From an uncultured Chromatiales bacterium (lineage in GTDB: Bacteria; Pseudomonadota; Gammaproteobacteria; Steroidobacterales; BM003): a DNA stretch of 64,000 nucleotides. Shown here piece after piece: positions 52,526 through 64,000 of the stretch (positions are counted from its first letter, which is position 1; every line of letters begins with the position of its first letter). Below the pieces are notes generated by a model. The model was not told the origin of the DNA. It did no database searches and saw nothing but the letters and a program-made list of their open reading frames with translations. The stretch is taken from positions 522 through 64,521 of the forward strand of contig CAKZML010000082.1 of the NCBI GenBank assembly GCA_937128475.1, read 5' to 3'. The position numbers and the translations under genes were made by a program.

Positions 52526-53950
52526 CTAACTGACCTTGAGAATCTTCATGGCGTTGGTGCCACCGGTCACGCCCTTCATATCACCCTTTGTGAAAATCAC
52601 CAGGTCACCGGGGACCACTGCAGAACGACCTATCAGTTCCTTGAAAGCATCCCGGTAAAGCGCCTGTGAGTTTTCCTGGGCCACGTCAAACTGCACCGGA
52701 TACACGCCCCGGTACATCTGTACGCGGCGACGAGTTTCATCACGTCTGGTAAAGGCGTAAATCGGGATGTCAGTGCGAATACGCGACATCCACCGGGCAG
52801 TTGCCCCGGATTCGGTCAAGGCAATAATCGCCTTCACATTCAGATGATTGGCGGTATACATGGTTGCCATGGCAATGGCTTCATCGATCACCAGGAAGTC
52901 ATCTTCCCGGGCAACCCGCTTCAAGCCGCGATTGGCCTGGTGGCGCTCAGCCTCCTCGCAAACCTTGGCCATGGCGGTGACCACCGCAACCGGACGTTTA
53001 CCCACCGCCGTTTCCGCGGAGAGCATGACGGCGTCAGTGCCATCCAGGACCGCATTGGCCACGTCGGAAACCTCTGCTCGCGTGGGCAGGGGATGAGTAA
53101 TCATGGATTCCATCATCTGGGTGGCGGTGATGGACAGTTTGTTGCGCTTGCGAGTCATCGCCAGGATACGCTTCTGAATTCCCGGGACGCTTGAAAAGCC
53201 CATCTCCACGCCCAGGTCACCACGGGCAATCATGATCACATCGCTGGCTTCAACGATATTTTCAAGATCCTCCACCGCTTCGGCCCGTTCAATCTTGGCC
53301 ACGATGAGTCCCGAGCCCCCTGCCTCATGAAGAAGGCGACGGGCATTTTCGATATCGGCTGCACTACGAGGGAAAGATACCGCAAGAAAATCCAGCTGCA
53401 TTGCAGCAGCTGCTTCAATATCTTCCAGGTCTTTCTCTGTCAGCGCGGGAGCGGACAAGCCACCGCCCTGACGATTCATTCCCTTGTTATCGGACAGCTT
53501 GCCGCCAACCACAACGCGGCAATTAACCCTCTTGCCTGTGACCTCGGTGACCAGCAATTCAATTTGACCGTCATCAAGCAAGAGCACATCTCCCTCGGAG
53601 ACGTCCTCGGCAAGCGGAGGATAAGTGATCCCTACCTGGTTGATATCGCCGTCGAATTCCCCAAGGTCCGGATCCAGGGAAAACTGCGCTCCTTCAACCA
53701 ATTCAATCGGTCCATTGGCGAATTTTTCGACCCGGATCTTTGGCCCCTGCAGGTCACCCAGGATGGCCACATCAAGGCCAAGCTCGGCACTAACGCGACG
53801 AACTTCAGTCACCCGCTTTTGCCGATCCTCGGCCGAGCCATGAGAGAAATTCACTCTCACAACATTCACGCCCGCTGTAAACATACGGGCCAAGACCTGT
53901 GGGGCATCCGTTGCCGGCCCTAGGGTCGCAATAATTTTCGTGCTGCGCAT
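52526..53950 (-). CDS. pyk: Pyruvate kinase
   Basis: 474 aa with MRSTKIIATLGPA N-terminus, NFSHG and MIARGDLGVE motifs. Confidence 0.96.
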   Translation of the reverse strand: MRSTKIIATLGPATDAPQVLARMFTAGVNVVRVNFSHGSAEDRQKRVTEVRRVSAELGLDVAILGDLQGPKIRVEKFANGPIELVEGAQFSLDPDLGEFDGDINQVGITYPPLAEDVSEGDVLLLDDGQIELLVTEVTGKRVNCRVVVGGKLSDNKGMNRQGGGLSAPALTEKDLEDIEAAAAMQLDFLAVSFPRSAADIENARRLLHEAGGSGLIVAKIERAEAVEDLENIVEASDVIMIARGDLGVEMGFSSVPGIQKRILAMTRKRNKLSITATQMMESMITHPLPTRAEVSDVANAVLDGTDAVMLSAETAVGKRPVAVVTAMAKVCEEAERHQANRGLKRVAREDDFLVIDEAIAMATMYTANHLNVKAIIALTESGATARWMSRIRTDIPIYAFTRRDETRRRVQMYRGVYPVQFDVAQENSQALYRDAFKELIGRSAVVPGDLVIFTKGDMKGVTGGTNAMKILKVS

Positions 53951-54029
53951 AGCGTTAATACCCTTTATTTGCGCTCTTCCTGAGCGCTTTTATATTTTTT
54001 GAATGCGGACGTATATCAATCCACATGAA

Positions 54030-55205
54030 CTATTTTGCCCGGTTCTGCAGCATGGTTACTGCCGGAAGGGTTTTCCCCTCCAGAAACTCAAGAAACGCAC
54101 CGCCACCGGTTGAAACATACGAAATGCCATCTGTCAGATCGTACTTCTCCAGTGCCGCCAGGGTGTCCCCGCCACCGGCAATCGAAAATGCCTTGCTATG
54201 GACAACTGCCTCGGCAAGCACCCTGGTACCTTCACCAAACTGGTCAAACTCAAATACACCAAGCGGGCCGTTCCAGACAATCGTGCCAGCATCAGCCATT
54301 AAGGCGGCGAGTTTTTCAGCAGTATCCGGACCTACGTCCATGATCATTTCGTCTTTTCCAACCTGGTTCACCGGGCGAATATCTGCCTCGGCGGACTCGG
54401 AAAATTCTGTCGCTACAACCACATCGGTAGGAATCGGAATAGCCGCTCCGTCCTTCTCGCCCCTTTGCATCAACCCTTTTGCCACATGGACCAGGTCGGC
54501 TTCATACAGGGATTTACCAACCTTGTTACCTGCGGCAGCAATAAAGGTGTTGGCGATACCGCCACCCACCACCAGGTAGTCGACAATACCGGACAGGGTC
54601 TCGAGAACTGCAAGCTTGGTGGAAACCTTGGATCCGCCAACAATCGCCACTACCGGCCGTGCCGGGGTCTTCAGCGCACGCTGCAATGCTTCCAACTCAC
54701 CGACAAGCAGCGGGCCTGCGCAGGCTACGCTTGCGTACAGTCCCACGCCGTGTGTGCTGGCCTGGGCCCGGTGAGCGGTGCCAAAGGCATCCATCACATA
54801 GATGTCACACAGGGCTGCCATTTTACGGGCCAGGGTCTCGTCATCTGCTTTCTCGCCCTTGAGAAAACGCACGTTCTCGCACAGCACAAGTTCGCCGGGC
54901 GTAACCTCAACACCTTCAATCCAGTCCTTGGCCAGTCGCACGGGCTTGCCCAACAATTCGGACAGTCGCTTGGCAACCGGGGCAAGAGAAAACTTCTCGT
55001 CATACTCGCCTTCAACAGGGCGACCCAGGTGACTCATCACCATTACCGAAGCACCCGCGTCCAAGGCCATTTTCATAGTCGGCAAAGAAGCCCTGATGCG
55101 AGCATCACTGGTCACTTCCCCATCCTTGATGGGAACATTAAGGTCTTCCCTGATTAAAACCTTTTTACCCGTGAGGTCGAGTTCGGTCATTCGGATGACG
55201 TTCAC
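54030..55205 (-). CDS. pgk: Phosphoglycerate kinase
   Basis: ORF 54030-55262 trimmed to GTG 55205 (AAGGAG 7 nt upstream; [25 protein letters not shown] is collinear with Pgk N-termini). ATG 55190 is an alternative start. Confidence 0.95.
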   Translation of the reverse strand: MNVIRMTELDLTGKKVLIREDLNVPIKDGEVTSDARIRASLPTMKMALDAGASVMVMSHLGRPVEGEYDEKFSLAPVAKRLSELLGKPVRLAKDWIEGVEVTPGELVLCENVRFLKGEKADDETLARKMAALCDIYVMDAFGTAHRAQASTHGVGLYASVACAGPLLVGELEALQRALKTPARPVVAIVGGSKVSTKLAVLETLSGIVDYLVVGGGIANTFIAAAGNKVGKSLYEADLVHVAKGLMQRGEKDGAAIPIPTDVVVATEFSESAEADIRPVNQVGKDEMIMDVGPDTAEKLAALMADAGTIVWNGPLGVFEFDQFGEGTRVLAEAVVHSKAFSIAGGGDTLAALEKYDLTDGISYVSTGGGAFLEFLEGKTLPAVTMLQNRAK

Positions 55206-55286
55206 AATCTTACTCCTTAAGCCGGAACACAAATGAATGGCGGGGCATGAAGCCCCGCACACTCACAACAGCAAGGCTGTTGTACT

Positions 55287-56300
55287 TTACTTGGCGTTCA
55301 TCAACGCCAGTGTGGTATCCAGCAAGCGGCTTGAGAAACCCCACTCGTTGTCATACCAGGAGCACACCTTCACCATGCGGCCATCAATAACCTTGGTCAG
55401 GCCAGCATCGTAGGTAGAGGAAGCCGGGTCATGATTAAAATCTATCGAGACCAGGGGAGCTTCACAATAGTTCAGCACACCCTTCAGCGGACCCTCAGAG
55501 GCAGCACGGATGATGCTGTGCACCTCGTCTACCGTGGTGTCACGGCCGGCCAGGAAAGTCAGGTCAACCATGGACACATTGATGGTCGGAACACGTACAG
55601 CGTAACCGTCCAGACGACCAGCCAGCTCAGGCAGTACCAGGCCCACAGCAGCGGCAGCGCCGGTCTTTGTGGGAATCATTGACATGGTGGCCGACCGGGC
55701 ACGACGCAGGTCGCTGTGATACACGTCGGTCAGCACCTGGTCATTGGTGTAGGCGTGGATGGTGGTCATCAGGCCACTCACCAGACCCATCGCCTGGTGC
55801 AGAGGCTGTACCAGGGGAGCCAGGCAGTTAGTGGTGCACGAAGCATTGGAGATGATCTGATCGCTGGCCTTCAGGGTCTGGTGATTCACACCGTAGACGA
55901 TGGTGGCGTCGATGTCCTTACCGGCAGGTGCGGAAATAATTACTTTCTTGGCGCCGCCGGCCAGGTGGGCCGAGGCTTTTTCGCGGCTGGCGAAGAAACC
56001 GGTGCATTCCAGAACAACGTCTACGCCCAACTCGCCCCAGGGCAGCTTGGCCGGATCACGCTCGGCAAGCACACGAATGCGATCGCCGTTAACCACCATG
56101 TAGCCATCCTCAACTGACACTTCGCCGGGGAACTTGCCGTGAGCCGTATCAAAACGGGTCAGGTGCGCATTAGCGTTTGCGTCACACAGATCGTTAACTG
56201 CAACAATCTGAATCTCGTCGGTGCGCCCTTGCTCATACAACGCGCGCAGCACGTTACGTCCAATGCGTCCGTATCCATTAATACCAATCTTAACCGCCAT
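55287..56300 (-). CDS. gap: Type I glyceraldehyde-3-phosphate dehydrogenase
   Basis: 337 aa with [12 protein letters not shown] motif and [12 protein letters not shown] catalytic Cys motif. Confidence 0.96.
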   Translation of the reverse strand: MAVKIGINGYGRIGRNVLRALYEQGRTDEIQIVAVNDLCDANANAHLTRFDTAHGKFPGEVSVEDGYMVVNGDRIRVLAERDPAKLPWGELGVDVVLECTGFFASREKASAHLAGGAKKVIISAPAGKDIDATIVYGVNHQTLKASDQIISNASCTTNCLAPLVQPLHQAMGLVSGLMTTIHAYTNDQVLTDVYHSDLRRARSATMSMIPTKTGAAAAVGLVLPELAGRLDGYAVRVPTINVSMVDLTFLAGRDTTVDEVHSIIRAASEGPLKGVLNYCEAPLVSIDFNHDPASSTYDAGLTKVIDGRMVKVCSWYDNEWGFSSRLLDTTLALMNAK

Positions 56301-56355
56301 ATCTAAATTCCCTTGTGGTTGAACATCCGACAGGTCAATGCCAGAAATTCAGTTC

Positions 56356-58347
56356 TTACAACAACTCTCCGGCAACCTTGCAGACGTTATCTACAGTGAA
56401 GCCATAGTGCTCAAATAATTTTTCTGCCGGCGCGGATTCGCCGAAAGTATCAATACCGATTACCCGGCCATTGCTACCGACGTATTTCCACCAGCAACCG
56501 GTAGTACCGGCTTCAATGGATACACGATTCACAACTTCCGGCGGCAGGACCGTTTCACGGTAGGCCTTGCTCTGGGCATCAAAGATCCGGGTGCAGGGCA
56601 TGGAAACCACACGCACCTTGTGACCCTCATCCTTCAGCCGCTCTGCGGCCTCAATGGCAAGACCTACTTCCGAACCGGTCGCGATCAGGATCAGGTCCGG
56701 CTTGCCGCGGCAATCCCGCAACACGTAACCGCCCTTGGCCACCGAATTCATCTGCCGGGCGCCACGCTCCAGGAACGGCGTGGTCTGGCGAGTAAACACC
56801 AATGAACTGGGGGTCTCCCGATTCTCGATCGCCACCTTCCAGGCAATCGCCGATTCGGTCACGTCACAGGGACGCCAGACGTCCATATTCGGCATCACCC
56901 GCAAGCTGGCCAGGTGCTCAATCGGCTGGTGGGTAGGTCCATCTTCACCCAGACCAATTGAGTCATGGGTCCAGACGAAAATAGCCGGAATCTTCATCAG
57001 GGCAGCCATACGCAGGCCGTTCCTGGCGTAATCCGAGAAAGTCAGGAATGTGGCGCCATAGGGACGGAAACCGCCGTGCAGTGCCAGGCCATTCATGATC
57101 GCCGCCATGCCGAATTCACGAACACCGTAATTGATGTAGTTACCCTTGGCATCGCCAGGAGTCACGGCCTTGGAACCGGAATGGAAAGTGTTGTTGGACC
57201 CGGTGAGGTCCGCGGAACCACCAATCAGTTCGGGCAGCAAGGGAGCGAAGTTCTCCAGCGCAACCTGTGAGGCTTTGCGAGTAGCCATGCTCTTGCCTTC
57301 TTCGGCAATCCTGGCCACCAGCTTCTCGCTCTGCTCGGCCCAGTCGGCTGGCAGTTCGCCGGCCATCCGGCGCTCGAACTCAGCTGCCAGCTCAGGGTAC
57401 TCGGCCCGATAGCGCTCGAACATCTCGTTCCACTCGGCCTCGGCCCTGGCGCCGCGCTCACGCGCATCCCAACCCTCACGAACTGACTCGGGAATTACGA
57501 AGGGCGCATGCCGCCACTTGAGCTGCTTGCGGACTGCCTTGATTTCCTCAGCACCCAGCGGGGCTCCATGAGTATCCGCAGTGCCGGCCTTGTTCGGCGA
57601 ACCAAAACCGATAACGGTATCGCATCCGATCAGGCTGGGCTTTTCCTTGTCCCGGGAAACCTCGATAGCGCGATGAATCGCCTCGGGCTTGTGACCGTCC
57701 ACACCCGGGATCACGTGCCAGCCATAAGCGCGGAAACGTGCAGAGGTGTCATCACGGAACCAGCCTTCGATATCGCCGTCGATGGAAATGTGGTTGCTGT
57801 CGTAAATCACGACCAGCTTATTCAGACCCAGGGTGCCCGCCAGGGAGCAGGCCTCGTGGGAGATGCCTTCCATCAGGCAACCATCACCCACGAACACGTA
57901 GGTGTGGTGATCAACGATGGGAAATCCCGGGCGGTTGAAATGTTCAGCCAGAATCTTCTCGGCTAGCGCCATACCCACGGCATTGGTAATGCCCTGGCCC
58001 AGGGGGCCGGTGGTGGTTTCCACACCGATATCCAGGTCCACTTCAGGATGACCGGCGGTCTTGGCCCCGAACTGGCGGAATTTCTTCAATTGCTTCATCG
58101 GCAAGTCGTAGCCACTGAGATGTAGCAACGAGTACAGCAACATGGAAGCATGACCGTTAGAGAGTACAAATCGATCACGATTGGCCCAGCGCGGGTTGGC
58201 AGGATTGTGGCGGAGGAAATCGTTCCAGAGAACTTCCGCAATGTCCGCCATGCCCATGGGGGCACCCGGATGTCCTGAGTTTGCGGCCTGTACTGCATCC
58301 ATGCTCAATGCCCGTATGGCATTGGCGAGATCTTTTCTATTGGACAT
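56356..58347 (-). CDS. tkt: Transketolase
   Basis: 663 aa with [22 protein letters not shown]-terminus and GDGCLMEG ThDP motif. Confidence 0.97.
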   Translation of the reverse strand: MSNRKDLANAIRALSMDAVQAANSGHPGAPMGMADIAEVLWNDFLRHNPANPRWANRDRFVLSNGHASMLLYSLLHLSGYDLPMKQLKKFRQFGAKTAGHPEVDLDIGVETTTGPLGQGITNAVGMALAEKILAEHFNRPGFPIVDHHTYVFVGDGCLMEGISHEACSLAGTLGLNKLVVIYDSNHISIDGDIEGWFRDDTSARFRAYGWHVIPGVDGHKPEAIHRAIEVSRDKEKPSLIGCDTVIGFGSPNKAGTADTHGAPLGAEEIKAVRKQLKWRHAPFVIPESVREGWDARERGARAEAEWNEMFERYRAEYPELAAEFERRMAGELPADWAEQSEKLVARIAEEGKSMATRKASQVALENFAPLLPELIGGSADLTGSNNTFHSGSKAVTPGDAKGNYINYGVREFGMAAIMNGLALHGGFRPYGATFLTFSDYARNGLRMAALMKIPAIFVWTHDSIGLGEDGPTHQPIEHLASLRVMPNMDVWRPCDVTESAIAWKVAIENRETPSSLVFTRQTTPFLERGARQMNSVAKGGYVLRDCRGKPDLILIATGSEVGLAIEAAERLKDEGHKVRVVSMPCTRIFDAQSKAYRETVLPPEVVNRVSIEAGTTGCWWKYVGSNGRVIGIDTFGESAPAEKLFEHYGFTVDNVCKVAGELL

Positions 58348-58454
58348 GAAATTATTCCGGATTTTGGCGTGATTCGGCAGGAAGTCGGCTATTTTCGCTT
58401 ATGGCGTGCTATCGGGCAAGGCGGGAAACCCCCTAATCGGTCAAAGAATCCGGA

Positions 58455-59006
58455 TTAGCGCCATTTTATTGAGCATCCCTGACTGATTTGCTGCTCTGCC
58501 GGACCGGATCCGGTTTCCGCCACCAGGCGCATCGCTTCGAAAAGCTCCCGTCGGGCATCCACCGGCGCGGGGAAACGCCCGCTTGCATCCAGCCTTCCCC
58601 GGTACTGCAACCCCATCCCGGCATTGAAACCGAAGAAATCAGGGGTGCACACCGCCCCGTAGGCCCGGGCCACCGACTGGTCTTCGTCGACCAGGTAGGG
58701 GAAAGAAAATCCCCGCTGGCTGGCCAATTCAGCCATGTGGGCCGGCCCATCGGAAGGGTAGGAGTCCACGTCATTGGACATGATGGCAACGCTGCCCACA
58801 CCCAAATCCCGTAATTCCGCCGCATCCCGGACAATCCTGTCCAGCACCGCCTGGACATAGGGGCAATGATTGGACAGGAACATAACCAGCACTCCCCTGG
58901 GTCCGGCGCATTCAGCCAGGGACCAGTGACGGCCGACCGGGTCCGGCAGGCGGAAATCCGGGGCCATCCAGCCAAAATCACAAACCGGGGTATGCATAAG
59001 TGACAT
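58455..59006 (-). CDS. Thioredoxin-fold (AhpC/TSA-like redoxin) protein
   Basis: ORF 58455-59033 trimmed to ATG 59006 (GGAG 9 nt upstream). Thioredoxin-like fold with FLSNHCPYV motif. Divergent from metK. Function not assignable from sequence alone. Confidence 0.7.
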   Translation of the reverse strand: MSLMHTPVCDFGWMAPDFRLPDPVGRHWSLAECAGPRGVLVMFLSNHCPYVQAVLDRIVRDAAELRDLGVGSVAIMSNDVDSYPSDGPAHMAELASQRGFSFPYLVDEDQSVARAYGAVCTPDFFGFNAGMGLQYRGRLDASGRFPAPVDARRELFEAMRLVAETGSGPAEQQISQGCSIKWR

Positions 59007-59105
59007 AAGGGTGCTCCAAACCAAGCCCGGCAAGGCCTGACAAGCTGTCAGTCTCCGAGGCAGTTCTGTACAATGTACCGTTTTTCCTAATAGGACGTTT
59101 GGGCA

Positions 59106-60266
59106 ATGGCAGAAAACTACTTGTTCACCTCTGAGTCAGTCTCCGAGGGACATCCCGATAAACTTGCAGACCAGATTTCTGATGCCGTCCTGGACGCCAT
59201 CCTGGAACAAGACCCCAAGGCCCGGGTGGCCGTTGAAACCATGGTAAAGACCGGCATGGCCCTGGTGGCCGGCGAGGTCACCACCTCGGCCTGGGTCGAT
59301 ATCGAGGAACTGGCCCGCAAGACCATCCTGAACGTGGGCTACGATAGTTCAGACGTGGGTTACGACGGCTCAACCTGTGCCGTGCTCAACGCGATCGGCA
59401 AACAGTCTTCGGATATTGCCCAGGGCGTGGATCGCGAGACCCCGGAAAACCAGGGTGCAGGAGACCAGGGCCTGATGTTCGGCTATGCGTCGAACGAAAC
59501 CGATGTGCTGATGCCCGCCCCGATTACCTTCTCCCACCGCCTGGTTGAACGGCAGGCATACGTGCGCAAGGCAGGAATCCTGACCTGGCTGCGTCCTGAC
59601 GCCAAGAGCCAGGTCACTTTCCGTTATGAGAACCACAAGCCGGTGGGCGTGGAAGCGGTAGTGCTGTCCACCCAGCATAATCCCGACATTCGCCTGGAAG
59701 ACCTGCGCGAAGCGGTGATGGAAGAAATCATCAAGCCGGTACTGCCGGCCGAGTGGCTGGATGCCAACACCCGGTATCACATCAACCCTACCGGCCGATT
59801 TGTCATCGGCGGACCTGCTGGCGACTGCGGCCTGACCGGACGCAAGATCATTGTCGACACCTATGGCGGCATGGCCCGTCACGGTGGCGGCGCGTTCTCC
59901 GGCAAGGACCCATCCAAGGTAGATCGCTCCGCAGCCTACGCATGCCGTTACGTGGCCAAGAACATCGTGGCTGCCGGATTGGCTGATCGTTGCGAGATCC
60001 AGGTTTCTTACGCCATTGGCGTGGCCGAGCCCACCTCCATCAGCGTGGACACCTTCGGCACCGGCAAACTGGACGAGGATCGCCTGGTAGAACTGGTGCG
60101 CGAGCACTTTGACCTGCGCCCGTATGGCATCCTGACGATGCTGGACCTGATCCGCCCGATCTATACCAAAACTGCCGCCTACGGTCATTTCGGCAGGGAC
60201 GACGAAGACTTCACCTGGGAACGCACGGACAAGGCTGAAATGCTGAAATCCGAATCCGGTTTGTAA
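59106..60266 (+). CDS. metK: S-adenosylmethionine synthetase
   Basis: 386 aa with [32 protein letters not shown] and [19 protein letters not shown] motifs. Confidence 0.98.
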   Translation: MAENYLFTSESVSEGHPDKLADQISDAVLDAILEQDPKARVAVETMVKTGMALVAGEVTTSAWVDIEELARKTILNVGYDSSDVGYDGSTCAVLNAIGKQSSDIAQGVDRETPENQGAGDQGLMFGYASNETDVLMPAPITFSHRLVERQAYVRKAGILTWLRPDAKSQVTFRYENHKPVGVEAVVLSTQHNPDIRLEDLREAVMEEIIKPVLPAEWLDANTRYHINPTGRFVIGGPAGDCGLTGRKIIVDTYGGMARHGGGAFSGKDPSKVDRSAAYACRYVAKNIVAAGLADRCEIQVSYAIGVAEPTSISVDTFGTGKLDEDRLVELVREHFDLRPYGILTMLDLIRPIYTKTAAYGHFGRDDEDFTWERTDKAEMLKSESGL

Positions 60267-60310
60267 AACAGGTCGAACTCATCACCGAGATCTTTTGGAG
60301 AAAACGAATC

Positions 60311-61732
60311 ATGTCAACCGAAAAAGCGGCTACCACCCCGTCGCAGGATTACTACGTGGCAGACATTTCCCTGGCAGCTTTCGGGCGCAAGGAAATAGCG
60401 ATTGCCGAGACCGAGATGCCTGGCCTGATGGCTATCCGCAAGGAATACGGTAGCGAGAAGCCCCTGAAGGGCGCACGCATCGCCGGCTCCCTGCACATGA
60501 CCATCCAGACCGCCGTCCTTATTGAGGCCCTGGTAGACCTGGGTGCCGAAGTACGCTGGGCGTCCTGCAACATCTACTCCACCCAGGACCATGCCGCCGC
60601 CGCGATTGCGGAAACCGGCGTTCCGGTCTTTGCCTTCAAGGGCGAATCCCTGGATGAGTACTGGGCATTCACCCACAAGATCATGGAATGGCATGACGGC
60701 GGCACTCCCAACATGATCCTGGATGATGGCGGCGACGCCACCATGCTGGCGATCCTGGGCACCAAGGCCGAGAAAGATATCTCGGTACTGGATAAACCCA
60801 CCAGCCACGAAGAGACCGCGCTGTTCGCTGCTATCCGCAGTCGCCTGAAAACGGACCCCACCTTCTACTCTAGGATCCGCAAGAACATCCAGGGCGTGAC
60901 CGAAGAAACCACCACCGGCGTCCACCGTCTTTACGAGATGATGAAGAAAGACGAATTGCCTTTCCCTGCCATTAACGTGAATGACTCGGTCACCAAGTCC
61001 AAGTTCGACAACCTGTATGGTTGCCGCGAATCACTGGTTGACGGCATCAAGCGCGCCACCGACGTAATGATCGCCGGCAAGATTGCCATCGTCGCCGGCT
61101 TCGGCGACGTGGGTAAAGGCAGCGCCCAGTCCCTGCGCGGCCTGGGTGCAACGGTGTGGATCACAGAAATCGATCCCATTTGCGCCCTTCAGGCTGCCAT
61201 GGAAGGTTACCGCGTGGTCACCATGGACGAAGCCGTGGACAAGGCTGACATCTTTGTTACCGCCACCGGCAACTACCATGTCATCAACCACGATCACATG
61301 AAGCGCATGAAGCACCAGGCCATCGTCTGCAACATTGGTCACTTCGACAACGAAATCGACGTTGCCAGCCTGGAGCAGTACGAGTGCGAGAACATCAAGG
61401 ACCAGGTGGATCACATCATCTTCCCCGATGGCAAGCGCATCATCCTGCTGGCCCAGGGCCGACTGGTAAACCTGGGCTGCGGCACCGGCCACCCCAGCTT
61501 CGTAATGTCCAATTCCTTCACCAACCAGGTGTTGGCACAGATCGAACTGTGGAAGCACGGCGAGAAGTACGGCAATGAAGTGTACGTCCTGCCCAAGCAC
61601 CTGGATGAGAAAGTGGCCCGCCTGCACCTGGGGCGTATTGGCGCAAACCTGACCACCCTGACCACCGAACAAGCCGATTACATCGGCGTGGCGACCACCG
61701 GCCCCTACAAGCCGGATCACTATCGCTACTAG
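60311..61732 (+). CDS. ahcY: Adenosylhomocysteinase
   Basis: 473 aa with [24 protein letters not shown]-terminus and the NAD-binding GFGDVGKG motif. Confidence 0.98.
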   Translation: MSTEKAATTPSQDYYVADISLAAFGRKEIAIAETEMPGLMAIRKEYGSEKPLKGARIAGSLHMTIQTAVLIEALVDLGAEVRWASCNIYSTQDHAAAAIAETGVPVFAFKGESLDEYWAFTHKIMEWHDGGTPNMILDDGGDATMLAILGTKAEKDISVLDKPTSHEETALFAAIRSRLKTDPTFYSRIRKNIQGVTEETTTGVHRLYEMMKKDELPFPAINVNDSVTKSKFDNLYGCRESLVDGIKRATDVMIAGKIAIVAGFGDVGKGSAQSLRGLGATVWITEIDPICALQAAMEGYRVVTMDEAVDKADIFVTATGNYHVINHDHMKRMKHQAIVCNIGHFDNEIDVASLEQYECENIKDQVDHIIFPDGKRIILLAQGRLVNLGCGTGHPSFVMSNSFTNQVLAQIELWKHGEKYGNEVYVLPKHLDEKVARLHLGRIGANLTTLTTEQADYIGVATTGPYKPDHYRY

Positions 61733-61770
61733 CGTCAGTATTCGGGACCTGTTCCCGGGAAAATAAAGAA

Positions 61771-61794
61771 GCGGCCTCCTGGCCGCTTTTTTTT
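61771..61794 (+). terminator. Rho-independent terminator after ahcY
   Basis: GCGGCC (61771-61776) pairs with GGCCGC (61781-61786) around a TCCT loop, followed by 8 T (61787-61794). An A-rich tract upstream suggests it could act bidirectionally. Confidence 0.85.
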
Positions 61795-61919
61795 GCCTTG
61801 AAGCCCCTACCCTGCCTCAGTTCCGAGCCCCGGGGAATATTTAGAATGGGAACAATGCGTAGGCGCCATGCGCATTTGCCGCTATAGGAAGACCCCCCCG
61901 TCTTGGCTAGCATTCTCCT

Positions 61920-64000
<2,081 letters not shown>

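Noticed and set aside
53971-54000. Hairpin GCGCTC-TTCCT-GAGCGC followed by TTTTATATTTTTT between pgk and pyk
   Set aside because: The U tract is on the plus strand, but both flanking genes are on the minus strand. In the minus orientation it lacks a proper U tract, so at most it is a weak or bidirectional element or an mRNA-stabilising hairpin, and it is not called as a terminator.
59034-59105. Looked for a SAM riboswitch or leader upstream of metK
   Set aside because: The roughly 100-nt divergent spacer shows no extended conserved helices and can only accommodate promoters and an SD.
60267-60310. Looked for an SAH riboswitch upstream of ahcY
   Set aside because: Only 44 nt separate metK and ahcY, which is too short for the element, and no conserved SAH-riboswitch pseudoknot sequence is visible. 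ahcY is probably co-transcribed with metK.

Overview
This window is a GC-rich, gene-dense chromosomal core segment of a non-enteric gammaproteobacterium with Pseudomonas-like gene order. It holds about 62 protein genes plus RNase P RNA, and nearly every gene is confidently assignable. In order: pilC(3' end)-pilD-coaE-zapD-yacG; mutT-secA; an M23 peptidase; dciA; and the complete minus-strand dcw cluster (mraZ-rsmH-ftsL-ftsI-murE-murF-mraY-murD-ftsW-murG-murC-murB-ddl-ftsQ-ftsA-ftsZ-lpxC), which is chained by ATGA-type overlaps. Then come rnpB; rsmI; lpoA-yraN-diaA; sspAB; petABC (bc1 complex); a DegS/AlgW-like protease; murA-ibaG; and yrbG-kdsD-kdsC-lptC-lptA-lptB-rpoN-hpf-ptsN-rapZ. The right end carries mgtE, an exported Bcp peroxiredoxin, a MoxR/VWA pair, an Ntn acylase, pyk-pgk-gap-tkt, a thioredoxin-fold gene, metK-ahcY, and a GltD-like flavo-FeS protein coupled to a pyruvate:ferredoxin oxidoreductase that is cut by the window end. 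I found no tRNA or rRNA, CRISPR array, IS element, transposase, integrase, phage gene or recognisable defence gene, and no unassigned gap longer than about 275 nt. I therefore do not see a convincing wholly novel system here. The best candidates for a second look are modest. They are the GltD-ferredoxin/PFOR two-gene module (61920-64000) and the orphan CoxD/CoxE-like MoxR-VWA pair with a variant MIDAS motif, next to an acylase where fba would be expected (47974-52429). Others are an exported Bcp, an internal terminator in the rpoN operon, a clear Pmra/MraZ operator, and three clean synteny losses (mlaFEDCB, dolP, npr). All calls rest on reading translated motifs and gene order; no database search was run.
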